A stretch of 64,000 nucleotides of DNA from Candidatus Krumholzibacteriia bacterium (GTDB lineage: Bacteria > Krumholzibacteriota > Krumholzibacteriia > JAJRXK01): contig JBGPIA010000006.1 in the NCBI GenBank assembly GCA_041484665.1, positions 64,001 through 128,000 of the forward strand. Direction: 5' to 3'. Every line of letters starts with the position of its first letter. Position 1 is the first letter of the stretch. A program made the position numbers and the translations under genes. Shown here one piece after another: positions 53,506 to 63,800 of the stretch. The notes beneath the pieces are model-generated. The model was given only the letters and a program-made list of their open reading frames with translations, searched no databases and was not told the origin of the DNA.

Positions 53506-54096
53506 GTGTCCAACAACGTTGTCATCGAAGTCGGCAAGATCTCCATCTTGCAGGCTGGCCTGCTCACACCGCCCGACTTGCCCCAGAGCTACGACCGCGA
53601 CAAGGTCGTGCTGCTGGTGATGAACGATCCAGCAGACGTGCGCTACGAGGTCTACGCGGGCACGCGCAGCGTGAGCATCAAGCCGGGTGACGAGGCTGGG
53701 GACTGCTGCCTCATCGCCACCGCCCCGGGCCTTCCCCTCGGCAGGCGCGCCCTGCTCTACCCGAGCCGCTTGATCGGTCACCAGGAGTTCGGGCACTCCT
53801 GGCCGACGGAGTGGTTCCAGTCTGCAGGCGCCAGCGTGCCCGACGGGCCGTATCGCACGGCCTTTGGTTTGGTCGCCGACGACTACGCCTGGAGCTGGAG
53901 CGACGATAACGGTCTGCCCACCTACAACGTGGCGATGCCCCTGGGCACCCGCGTCTTCAAGGTCGTGCGCAGCGCCCAGTCCGGTGGCGCGGATGACGTC
54001 ACCGAAGTGCTCGCCGGCCAGTCCATCGATAGCATCCGCCTGGTGCGCGGCAGCGGCCCCCTACAGAACAACGGAGGGGAGCCCTGGCCTCCCTGA
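53506..54096 (+). CDS. Hypothetical protein in the CHAT/S8 locus
   Basis: GGAGGT RBS before GTG; 196 aa; GC3-rich codons; no recognisable domain or signal peptide. Confidence 0.75.
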   Translation: MSNNVVIEVGKISILQAGLLTPPDLPQSYDRDKVVLLVMNDPADVRYEVYAGTRSVSIKPGDEAGDCCLIATAPGLPLGRRALLYPSRLIGHQEFGHSWPTEWFQSAGASVPDGPYRTAFGLVADDYAWSWSDDNGLPTYNVAMPLGTRVFKVVRSAQSGGADDVTEVLAGQSIDSIRLVRGSGPLQNNGGEPWPP

Positions 54097-54122
54097 ACGA
54101 TCCTAACGGTCGCGAGAAGTCC

Positions 54123-55661
54123 GTGGCCTCGGGCGCCCGGTCGCCCGAGGCCGCGCAAACTGCCCAGATCGAGGTGGCCGTGCTCGCGGAGCTGGACCCG
54201 CGCGTGCTGCCCGATCCGCGCACGGCCCAGGACATCCGCGAGCGCGCCCACCAGCGGGCGCAGGTCGCGCGCGCGGTCGCCGACATGCGCGCGGCGCTCG
54301 AGCCCCGTCTGCTCGCCTCGATCGGCGCACAGATCACCGCGGGCCTATCGTTGGCGCCCGTGCTCGCAGTGCGTCTACCCGCGGGCCTCCCGCCGAAGGT
54401 GGCCCTGGACGAGCTCGCGCGGCAGCCGGGGATCCTCGCGGTGGATGTGCGCTCGCTGCTGCTGCGACAGCCTCATGCATCGCCTGGCCACACCGACCTC
54501 CCACCAGCCCCGGCAGCCTCCAGCGAATTCCCCAGCGATGGCCCCACCACCGCCCTGCCCCCACTGGTGGGAATCGTCGAGCTCGGACGCCCCGACCTCA
54601 CGCACCCTCAGCTGGAAGCCTCGGCGCGGCCGTGGAGCGAGTCGGGGCGGCGCCGCCTGCGTAGCCTGGGAGACCCCGTGGTCCACCCGCACGCCACCGC
54701 TGTGGTCGCGGCCCTGCTCGCCTCGACGAGCGACGATGCCTTCGACGTGCTCTGCTACAGCCTGCCGCGTGACCGCCGCCAGCTCGCGTGGTTGTCGGCG
54801 CTGGACGAGCTGATCGCCAGAGGCGCGAGCGTCATCAACCTGAGCTTCGGGGTGTGGCCGGACGACCTGGAGGACGGCTGGGGCCTGCTGGAGCGGGGCA
54901 TCGAGGTCTTGTGCGCGCTGCACGGGGTCACCGTCGTCGCCTCCGCCGGCAACGGCTCGCGTGACCGCGCCGAGCTGCACCAGGTGCGCGTGCCGGCGCG
55001 CGATCCCGCGGTGTTGGCGGTGGGCGGTGTGATCGAGGAGGGAAGCGGGTTGTCTGCGTTCGAGCGCGGGTGCGCCAGCAAGGACGGCAAGCCCGAGCTG
55101 GCAGCCGTGGCGAACCATCCGTTCGGGGAAACGGCGGGCACGTCGATGGCAGCGCCGCGCGTGACGAAGATCGTGGCCGAGGCAATGGGCCAGGTGCGCC
55201 AGGCGGCGCACCGGCCCGAGCTGGCGCGGGCGCTCGTGCTCGCAGCCTGCGAAGCCGGGCCGCGCGACCCCCATGGCAGCGATGGACCAGTCGGGCACAG
55301 CACGGGATTGGGCATCCCGGCGCGGGCGCGGTTGCAGGAGATCTGCCGGCGCGGCTGGTTCGCGTGGGGCACAGGAAACGGGCTGGTCCCTCTGCCCCCC
55401 GATCGCTCCGAGAGCGGAGGCGAGCTGCGCGCCGTGCTCTGCTGGCAACCGCGGGGGCTCGACGAGCTGCTCGGGCAGCAGCAACCGCGCCCCGCGGTCT
55501 CGCTGGCGCTGCACCTGGTCGATGCGACGGGGCATCTCGTGGCCCAGGCGCGGGCCTACGCCGCTTGGGCGCCGCTGGTTACGCGGCGGCCGGCTGCGGG
55601 ATCGCTGCGCGTGCAGTCGGCGGGAATTCCGTGGGGCTTGGCCTGGTGGTACGAGCGCTGA
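54123..55661 (+). CDS. S8 subtilisin-like serine protease (Glu-His-Ser variant)
   Basis: VGIVELG, HPHATAV, VINLSFG, VVASAGN, KPELAA, GTSMAAP, C-terminal LRAVLCW domain. Confidence 0.8.
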   Translation: MASGARSPEAAQTAQIEVAVLAELDPRVLPDPRTAQDIRERAHQRAQVARAVADMRAALEPRLLASIGAQITAGLSLAPVLAVRLPAGLPPKVALDELARQPGILAVDVRSLLLRQPHASPGHTDLPPAPAASSEFPSDGPTTALPPLVGIVELGRPDLTHPQLEASARPWSESGRRRLRSLGDPVVHPHATAVVAALLASTSDDAFDVLCYSLPRDRRQLAWLSALDELIARGASVINLSFGVWPDDLEDGWGLLERGIEVLCALHGVTVVASAGNGSRDRAELHQVRVPARDPAVLAVGGVIEEGSGLSAFERGCASKDGKPELAAVANHPFGETAGTSMAAPRVTKIVAEAMGQVRQAAHRPELARALVLAACEAGPRDPHGSDGPVGHSTGLGIPARARLQEICRRGWFAWGTGNGLVPLPPDRSESGGELRAVLCWQPRGLDELLGQQQPRPAVSLALHLVDATGHLVAQARAYAAWAPLVTRRPAAGSLRVQSAGIPWGLAWWYER

Positions 55662-55709
55662 GCGTGGGGGGGGGGGGCGAAATGCGCGGAGCGGTCGTGG
55701 AGGGTGCGC

Positions 55710-57239
55710 TCAGGGCGCCGCGGCCAACAGCTCCTGCAGCGCCGCGGCCAGACGCGTCCGGTCCAGCGTGAACTGGCCGGGACGCTGCTCGACCCACTCG
55801 GTGCGGCTGGCGACCCGGCCAGCGGCGCTGCGACCCTGCTCGAGGTCCTTGATCGTGACCTTGCCCGAGCGCGCCTCGTCGGACCCCAGGATCACCGCAT
55901 AGGGAATGCCCCAATAGCTGGCGTAGCGTAACTGCTCGCCCAGCCGTGACGCGGGCTCCAGCCAGAGCTCTGCACGCAGCCCCGCAGCGCGCAGCTCGCG
56001 CACGATGGATTGGCACTCGGCGAGCAGCGCGCGGTCCATCACCGTCACCAGCACCTGCGTGACGCCGGCGCGCTGCGCCTGCCCCTGCCGCTCGCGCGGG
56101 TGCTCGAGCGCCGCTAAGAGCCGATCCACGCCGATGCTGGCGCCCACGCCCGCAATCGCCTCGCCCGAGAAGCGCGAGACCAGCTCGTCGTAGCGGCCGC
56201 CGCCCATGATGCTGCCGAATTCCGGCAACGCGTCGAGCGTCGCCTCGAAGATGGGCCCGGTGTAGTAGTCCATGCCGCGCGCCAGCTTGGGGGCGAAGCG
56301 GATACGCGCGCCCGCGCCCGGGGTGGCGCGACTCGCGGCTGCGAACGCGCCCGGGGGCGCGCTTGCGCCAGAGGCTTCGCCCGCTGCCCCACCGGTCGCC
56401 ACTCCCCCGCCCATCGCAGTCAGGTGGCGCCGCAGCTCGTCGATCTCCGCGAGCGCAACCTGGGCCTGTGGCACGGCCGAGAGCAGCGCGCGCGCCTGCT
56501 CGACTCTGTCCTCGTCGCTGACGGCCTCGATGCGCAGGAAGTCGGCCAGCGCCTCGATCTGCGCGGCGGGCAGGCCGACACCCTCGATGCGCGCACCGGA
56601 CTCCTCGTCCACGCGACCCGCGCCCAGCTCGGCGCGCACGCCGTCCAGACCGATCTTGTCTTCCTTGTCGATGACGCGGATGACGGCCGTCGCGAGAGCC
56701 GGTGGCACGCCAGCGCGGCGCAGCGCACCGTTGAGGATGCCGCGATGGTTCCAGCGGATCGTGTGATCGGGCAGCCCCAAGGCCCCCAGGCTCTCCCCCA
56801 TCGCGAGCAGGATCTCCGCGTCGGCCAGCATCGAGCGCGTGCCCACGGTGTCGATGTCGAACTGGAGGAACTCGCGGAAGCGGCCGGCGCCGGGCTTGTC
56901 CACGCGGAAGACGGGGCCGATCTGGTAGCGCTTGAACGGGCGGCGCAGCTCCGGGTTGGCGGCCACGAAGCGCGCCAGCGGCACCGTCAGGTCGAAGCGC
57001 AGGCCGAGATCGATCTCATCCTCGGCATGGCGCCAGCTGTAGATGCGCGCGGCCGTCTCGCCGGCTTTGGCCCCGACGAGCACGTCGCGCAGCTCGAGGA
57101 TGGGGGTTTCCAGCGGCTGGAAGCCGTAGCGCTCGAACACGCCGCGAATCGTCTCGACCATGGCGGCGCGCCGCACAAGGGTGGCGCCGACGATGTCGCG
57201 CATCCCCTTGGCCAGACGCGGCTCGATATGATCGGTCAT
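55710..57239 (-). CDS. hisS: Histidine--tRNA ligase (alphaproteobacterial/eukaryote-like type)
   Basis: AKGMRD, YGFQPLETP, LRFDLTVPLAR, FRVDKPGAGRFREFLQFDIDTVG, LARGMDYYTG, GGGRYD, GASIGVDR. Confidence 0.95.
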   Translation of the reverse strand: MTDHIEPRLAKGMRDIVGATLVRRAAMVETIRGVFERYGFQPLETPILELRDVLVGAKAGETAARIYSWRHAEDEIDLGLRFDLTVPLARFVAANPELRRPFKRYQIGPVFRVDKPGAGRFREFLQFDIDTVGTRSMLADAEILLAMGESLGALGLPDHTIRWNHRGILNGALRRAGVPPALATAVIRVIDKEDKIGLDGVRAELGAGRVDEESGARIEGVGLPAAQIEALADFLRIEAVSDEDRVEQARALLSAVPQAQVALAEIDELRRHLTAMGGGVATGGAAGEASGASAPPGAFAAASRATPGAGARIRFAPKLARGMDYYTGPIFEATLDALPEFGSIMGGGRYDELVSRFSGEAIAGVGASIGVDRLLAALEHPRERQGQAQRAGVTQVLVTVMDRALLAECQSIVRELRAAGLRAELWLEPASRLGEQLRYASYWGIPYAVILGSDEARSGKVTIKDLEQGRSAAGRVASRTEWVEQRPGQFTLDRTRLAAALQELLAAAP

Positions 57240-57343
57240 GGGCTCAGGGGGCCGCCGGGCGGCCCGGGTTCACCGAAACGACGGCGTGAGGGAACCGACG
57301 AAGGGGCGGCGGCGGGCACGCCCGGATCCACGAGCGGAAAGGG

Positions 57344-57420
57344 TGGTACTGGCGGATGGATTTGAACCATCGACCCCCAGATCCACAGTCTGGTGCTCTA
57401 GCCAACTGAGCTACGCCAGC
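57344..57420 (-). tRNA. tRNA-His(GUG) with encoded CCA; G1:U72, A73, no encoded G-1
   Basis: GCTGGCG TA GCTC AGTTGGCTA GAGC A CCAGA CT GTG GA TCTGG GGGTC GATGG TTCAAAT CCATC CGCCAGT A CCA folds into a full cloverleaf. Confidence 0.97.
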
Positions 57421-57435
57421 ACGCAACGAACAAAT

Positions 57436-57465
57436 AAGCTAACTGCCTGGCGGAAAAGGTGTCAA
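57436..57465 (-). promoter_or_regulatory. Sigma70 promoter TTGACA-N18-TAGCTT driving tRNA-His (and probably hisS)
   Basis: Perfect -35 hexamer; -10 ends 15 nt upstream of tRNA position 1. Confidence 0.7.
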
Positions 57466-57502
57466 CCCCGGCGGGTCCCGGGGGCCCGGCCTCTGGCAGG
57501 CC

Positions 57503-58654
57503 TCAGCCCTGCCGCCCGAACTGCGGGAAGGCTGGCGTGATCACGCGGTCGCGTTGCAGGAAGATGAAGTGGTCGAAATAGTAGTGGATCAGCAGGCACG
57601 ACAGGACCACCGAGTAGAATGCGAAGAAGTGCTGATCCTGGTAGACGTGCCCGTAGAGGATCATGGGGACCACCGGCCCCGTAGCGAACGCCCCCAGCCG
57701 CTGCACGATCCCCAGCACCCCCAGGAACGCCACTCCCGCCGCCAGGGTGAACCCCAGGCAGAAGGCGTAGAGCCTCCAGCCGCGGCTGGAGACGCGCGTC
57801 ACCACTGGTGAGCCGATCATCCCCTTGCGCGCCCGCATCTGGTTGAGGAAGAGCACGAGCGCCAGGTACTGGAAGGAGTGCCAGGTGTTGAGGCCCTGGA
57901 ACGCCACATCGAGGTTGTCGACCATCGGGGTGACGAACAGGAGCACCGCCGACAGCCCCACCAGCAACGTCTTGGGCCCGTGGAAGAGCCCGCGCCGGAC
58001 CTCCCAGACGCTGCGTGCGATGAAGGCGATCAGGAAGGCGACGAACGCGATCCACACCGGGATCGGCACCCAGCTCTGCTTGAGGAAGCTGGGGAACAGC
58101 AGCACGCGCCCGCCGGTGACGAATTGGCCGTGGATGAGCTTGCCGACCGAGATCGGATAGAGGGCCGTGAAAATCAGCCCGTAGTCGATGAGCTTGCCGG
58201 TCCAGGTCCATCCGCGGGGGTCCTTCATCCTATAAGCGTCCGTGACGTACGCGAGCTGGTGGATGACGTGGACCGACGCCCAGAAGAAGAAGAACGTGAC
58301 GAGCAGCGTCAGGTTCAGGATCGCCAGCGTGACGATCAAGGGCGGCAGCAGGAGCGCGCCCCAGGTATAGCGCGGATACCGCCTGCGGAAGCGCGGCTCC
58401 ATGAAGGTCATCGTGTAGGTGGCAAACAGATGCGGCCCGCCGATGAGCATCGTGACGGCGAGGTCGACGTAGATGTTCTTCTGCAGGGCGGCCTTGGCCA
58501 GCCAGGGGAAGAGGACCAGCACGGCCGAGAACGTGATGAACAGGAGGTCGTAGCCCGGGCTTACCAGCCATAGCGCGCGGCGCTCCTGCTGGACGGACGC
58601 CTCGGCACGCGCCGATGGCGCGAGGCCGGTGGAGGGCAATGCGTATCCGGTCAT
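57503..58654 (-). CDS. Uncharacterised polytopic membrane protein with His motifs
   Basis: About 10 TM segments; GGPHLFATY, SVHVIHQ, TWHSFQYL, IHYYFDHF. Confidence 0.75.
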   Translation of the reverse strand: MTGYALPSTGLAPSARAEASVQQERRALWLVSPGYDLLFITFSAVLVLFPWLAKAALQKNIYVDLAVTMLIGGPHLFATYTMTFMEPRFRRRYPRYTWGALLLPPLIVTLAILNLTLLVTFFFFWASVHVIHQLAYVTDAYRMKDPRGWTWTGKLIDYGLIFTALYPISVGKLIHGQFVTGGRVLLFPSFLKQSWVPIPVWIAFVAFLIAFIARSVWEVRRGLFHGPKTLLVGLSAVLLFVTPMVDNLDVAFQGLNTWHSFQYLALVLFLNQMRARKGMIGSPVVTRVSSRGWRLYAFCLGFTLAAGVAFLGVLGIVQRLGAFATGPVVPMILYGHVYQDQHFFAFYSVVLSCLLIHYYFDHFIFLQRDRVITPAFPQFGRQG

Positions 58655-59028
58655 CGTCGCCGCTTCTGCCCGAGGCTCTCGAAACGTGATCCGCGCAGCC
58701 AGCGCAAGTCTGGAAGTCTGATCGAGGATGGAGAGGGCCGCCGTCCCCCCTTCCCCCGGAGTCGTTCCCCAGGCGTCTTTCCCCAGGCCTTCCTTCCCCG
58801 ATGCTTCCAAGTGTGCCCACCATAGTTGGATCACCCCGCCCGCTCTGCCAATCGTTTTTCGCTGCGATGCGCTGAAGGCAGCCCCGGCGCCGGCCAGTTT
58901 CTGACCAGAGAACCCCGCGGCGCGCAGCAAACTCGGACCGCACGGGGTCACGCTCTGCGCGTGCGTGGGCGCGTCGCGCGCTCAGGGTTCAGGGCGCGGG
59001 GCTCAAAGCCGGGCGTGGGGCGCAGGGC

Positions 59029-60483
59029 TCAGGGCCGCCGGAGGACCATCAACCGGATCTCGGTCATCTCCTCCATCGCGAACCGTACGCCCTCGCGACC
59101 GAGGCCGCTGAGCTTCACGCCACCGTAGGGCATGTGGTCCACGCGCCACGACGGGACCTCTCCGATCAGGACGCCGCCCACCTCCAGCACGTCCCACGCG
59201 CGGTGGGCCTTGTAGATGTCGCGCGTGAAGACGCCGGCCTGCAACCCGTAGACGCCGTCGTTGACCTGGGCGAGGGCCTGCTCGAAATCAGAGAAGCGTG
59301 AAAGAACCGCCACGGGACCGAAGGCCTCGTGGGTGCAGATCTTCTCGTCGGGTGGCACGTCCTCCAGGAGCGTCGCCTCCAGCAGCACGCCGCGGCGGCC
59401 ACCGCCGCACAGCACGCGCGCCCCGCGCGCCGTGGCTGCGGCAATCCACTGCTCCAGGCGGATCGCGTCGCCCTCGGTGATGAGTGGGCCCAGGAAGTTC
59501 TCCTCCTGCATCGGATCGCCCAGCTTCAGCGCGCGAGTTGCGGTCACGAGCTTGGCGCGGAACGCGTCGTAGACCGCCGCGTGCACGAGGATGCGCTGCA
59601 CGCCGATGCAGCTTTGCCCCGACTGGTAGAACGCCCCGAACACTATGCGCGCGACGGCATCGTCGAGATCCGCGTCGGCGTCCACGACCACGGCGGCGTT
59701 GCCCCCCAGCTCCAGCACGACCTTCTTGCGCCCGGCGCGCGCCTTCAGCTCCCAGCCCACCTCGGGCGATCCGGTGAAGCTGAGCAGCTTCAAGCGCTCA
59801 TCGGTGGTGAACAGGCCCGCCCCGTCGCGGCGGCATGGCAGGATGGAGAAGGCGCCTGCGGGCAGCTCGGTCTCGGCCAGCACCTCGCCGATGAGCAGCG
59901 CACCCACCGGCGTGAGGCTGGCGGGTTTGAGCACGAATGGGCAGCCCGCGGCGATCGCGGGGGCGATCTTGTGGGCGGCCAGATTCAGCGGAAAGTTGAA
60001 CGGCGAGATGAACGAGCAGGGCCCCACCGGCACGCGCTTCCACATTCCGGTGTAGCCGCGGGCGCGCGGGCCGATGTCCAGCGGCAGCACCTCGCCCACC
60101 ATGCGCGTCGACTCCTCGGCGGCGACGCGAAAGGTGTCGATCAGGCGCGTGACCTCGCCGCGGCTGTCCCGGATGGGCTTGCCCGCCTCGATGCAAAGCG
60201 TCTGCGCCAGCTCCTCCGCGCGCTCCCGGAATCGGTCGGCGCAGTGCTGCAGCGCGCGCTGTCGCTCGTAGGCCGGCAGCTCGCGCATCGGACCGGCCGC
60301 GGCCACCGCCGCGGCGATGGCCGTATCGATCATGGCCGGATCGGCCAACGCGACGCGCGTGGCCACTTCCCCGGTGAATTTGTCGTGCACCGGGAGGTCG
60401 CGGTTCGCCGCGACGGGTCTGCTGCCGACGTAGCACGGATACGCGTCGCGCAGCACGGCATGGCGGCTCGAGCGCGGCATCAT
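59029..60483 (-). CDS. NAD(P)-dependent aldehyde dehydrogenase
   Basis: ISPFNFPLNL, LKPASLTP, SFTGS, LELGGN, GQSCI, EAFGPV, PYGGVKLSGLGREG; GGAGG RBS. Confidence 0.95.
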   Translation of the reverse strand: MMPRSSRHAVLRDAYPCYVGSRPVAANRDLPVHDKFTGEVATRVALADPAMIDTAIAAAVAAAGPMRELPAYERQRALQHCADRFRERAEELAQTLCIEAGKPIRDSRGEVTRLIDTFRVAAEESTRMVGEVLPLDIGPRARGYTGMWKRVPVGPCSFISPFNFPLNLAAHKIAPAIAAGCPFVLKPASLTPVGALLIGEVLAETELPAGAFSILPCRRDGAGLFTTDERLKLLSFTGSPEVGWELKARAGRKKVVLELGGNAAVVVDADADLDDAVARIVFGAFYQSGQSCIGVQRILVHAAVYDAFRAKLVTATRALKLGDPMQEENFLGPLITEGDAIRLEQWIAAATARGARVLCGGGRRGVLLEATLLEDVPPDEKICTHEAFGPVAVLSRFSDFEQALAQVNDGVYGLQAGVFTRDIYKAHRAWDVLEVGGVLIGEVPSWRVDHMPYGGVKLSGLGREGVRFAMEEMTEIRLMVLRRP

Positions 60484-60866
60484 CCACCTCCGTGGCTTTC
60501 TCGCGCCCCACCGCGCGAGCGCAAAGCCGTCTGGGTTCCCCCCTCCCTTGGGTCATCCGCGGGTCCGCCCGCGGGACCCCCCCGGACCCCCCGTGGGCCC
60601 TCCCGCGCACCCTCCGGCGCGCCCTCCGGCGGGGCCTGCGGCGGGGCTCGCTCATCTCTCGGCATTCCAGGGTCCAGGGCAGGTTCTCACGTCTACAGCG
60701 GGTCGGCCAGCCCGGCCTACGGGAAGGTCACATTTGCAGACTTGCGCCCCGGGGCGTCACAGGGACATCATGACGATCGGCTCCGACGACAGCAGAATCT
60801 CCGACCAGCTCGCGCGAATCCCATGCGCGAAGCGGCCGGGCGCGCCCGATCCCGGGAGGTCACGTG

Positions 60867-63800
60867 ATGACGTGGACGCTCCGGGCTCGCAGCGGGCGAC
60901 GCGTGTGGCACGCGCTGCTTGCATTGCTGGGAGCCCTTCTCCTGCTCGCTCTTGCTTCGACGCGTACCCGCGCCGGCCTCTCGCCCATCCAGGACGCTCT
61001 CGCGATCGTCCTCGACCCGGCCACCGGACAGCACGTGGGCCAGGCCGCACCCAACGTCCCGTTCAATGTGTACGTCGTGGCCGACAGCCTCGGCGGCACC
61101 GAGATGAGCGCCTGCCAGCTCGGCGTCGAGATCGACCCGCGCTTCTACATCGTCAGCAAGACCTTCCATCCGCAGGTCGTCTTCGTCGACGAGTACGTTC
61201 CGGGTGACTTCTATCTGGGCTTCGGCAGGCCGCTGGGCAACTGGCAGCAGCCCAAGATCCTGATCACGCTGAGCTTGATGTTGAAGTCCGAGTACGCCGG
61301 GGCCAACGACCTCCGGGTGAGCCTGCGCCCGCACACCACCGGGCAGCCCTTGCGCTGGGCGTGGTTTCCCGGGACGTCGTTCTGGTACGACTTCGTCGAC
61401 GCGGGCGGTGCGGTGCTGAATCCCTCCGGACCGCAGATCACCACGTTCGCCGCCGGGCCGCGCTGGCTGGTCGAGGCGCGGCCGCTGCTGCTGGAGTGGG
61501 GCACGTACAACGCGAGCACGGTGCTGCTGGACGGGCAAGCCGTCGATGCACAGGGCAGCCTGCGTCTGACCCCGGCCGCCTCGACCACGTATACCCTGCA
61601 GGTTGATCCGGGCGGCGCCGCGCTGGAGCGGAGCGTCTCGGTCGAGGTCGTGCGCCAGCCGCGCATCCTGGAGTTCAGCGCCAATCCCCCGCATCCGGCG
61701 ATCGGGGACACCGTCCAGATCCAGTGGGAGGTGCGCGGCGCGGATGAGGTGCGCCTCCAGCCGGGCAACGTCACCGTCGGGCCCATCAGCGCGCTGCAGC
61801 AGGTGCTGGTGAGCCCCACGCAGTTCGTGCTGGCCGCCCAAAATGAGTGGGGGCAGTCGATCGAGGTGCTGGAGTTCGGCTTCAGCGGCCTGCCGGTCAT
61901 CGAGGAGCTGCGTGCCGAGCCGGTCCCGGTGGACCGCAACGCGCCCGCTACGCTGACCTGGCGCGTCACCAACGCCGTCGACGTACGGATCGAGCCCGGC
62001 CTGGTCTCGGTGCCGGCCTACGGGCAAGTGCAGGTGCCCACGGATCACACCGTGACGTACACCATGACCGCCTCCAACGCCGAGGGGACCGTCGACCGGG
62101 AGGTCGAGCTGACGGTGATCCCGGTACGGATCGCGGCGTTCATCGCGGCGTCTCCGCGGGTGTTCCCGGGCGCCGCCGCGCACCTGGTCTACGATCTGCG
62201 CAACGCAACCAGTGCCTGGATCGAACCAGGCGGCCTGCCGATTACTCCGCCGGAGGGGACGATCAGGGTGGTCCCGCCCGCCGACTCCACTTTGTACGTT
62301 CTGCACGCCACCGACGGTGAGACCGAGGTCCGCGCGCAGCAGCTGGTGCGGTGGAAGCCGCCTACGATCACCCAGTTCACCTGGTCCCCTAGCACATGGT
62401 ATGGCGTGAGCGGCGTTCCCTATGGCGGTGAGGCTGAGTTCTACTGGAACATCGATGGGGCGACCTCCGTGCGTCTGGATCCCGGCATCGGCCAGGTAAG
62501 CACCACCACCGGCAGGCAGACCGTGCGCGTCATCGCTTCGGTCACCTACACGCTGACCGCTTCCAACGCGCAGGGCACGGCGACGGAGTCGCGGACGGTA
62601 GCGCCGTCCAAGCCCGTGGTGCGCTTGAGCCTCCCGGGCGGCGCTCCGAACTGGGGAGCACAGTACTCGCTTGCTGCGTCCGCCGACAACGTCACGGGGG
62701 TGCGGCTCACGCCGCGTCCCCCGAGCCCGATCATCGTCGGTGGCCCGCTCTGGTCAGCGACGATCACGGCCCGGGCCGACAGCGTGACGACCTGGAGGCT
62801 GGTCGGGACAACGCCCGTGGACTCCGCATCGGTCACGTTGACGGTCACGCCCGCGGGGGGCCCCGTCACCACTCTTACTACGGTCCCTGCCTGGATCCCG
62901 GAGGGCGGCAGCAGTGTGCTCTCCTGGTCGGCCGCGCTGGCGGATTCGGTGCTGATCGAGCCGTTGCATCTGCGCAGCCGCTCACTGACGGGCCAGGTCA
63001 CGGTCAGCCCGCTGGGCTCCACCACCTATACGCTGCGGGTTTACTTCCGCGACATCGTCATCGCCAACACCGCAACGGTCACCGTCCAGCGGCCGATGGT
63101 GAGCCTCACTGCGGTCCCCGCTAGTCCGCTGGAAGGGGCGCTGTACCGTCTGGAAGTGCGCATCGCCTGGGCGGCGGGCGCACGACTGGATCCCACGCCC
63201 GGTGTGATCCAGCCGCGGAACTGGGATATCAATGAGCGTGCGGATGTTACCACGACGTGGCGCCTGGCAGCCTGGAGCGCCGGGGACACGGCGCGAACCA
63301 CACTGACCGTCGTGCCTATGATCGCACCGCCCACGATCAAGCGCTGGGCGGCGTCGCCCAGCGTCATCGCTCCCGGCGACTCGGCCACGTTGTCGTGGGA
63401 TGTCGCCCCTTGCGACTCGATCCGCATCAAGCCCATCAACGTCCACAGCACCGCGAAGACCGGGACCGCGCGCGTTGCGCCGAATCAGACCACGGTGTAC
63501 ACGCTCTTTGCGTATCGCGGTCCATACACGGTGCAGGCACAGACGACTGTCGCGATCAGCCTGCCCGCGATCCAGGTATTCCGCGCCGATCCCGCCACGA
63601 TCCACCGCGGAGAGAGCGCGACGCTGCGCTGGACCGTCGTTCCTCCGCAAGCGCAGGTCGTGCTGGTGGATCACGGCACGGTGGCCGCCACGGACAGCCT
63701 GCGGGTCACTCCGTTCAACACCACCGACTATATCCTGCGCGCGACCTACCTGGCCATGCAGGTCCAGCGCGGCGTGCACGTGGAGGTGACCGAGCCCGGA

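Noticed and set aside
47965..57420. tRNA-integrated genomic island carrying the CHAT locus
   Set aside because: No integrase, no duplicated tRNA 3' end seen, hisS lies between them, and there is no obvious GC shift.
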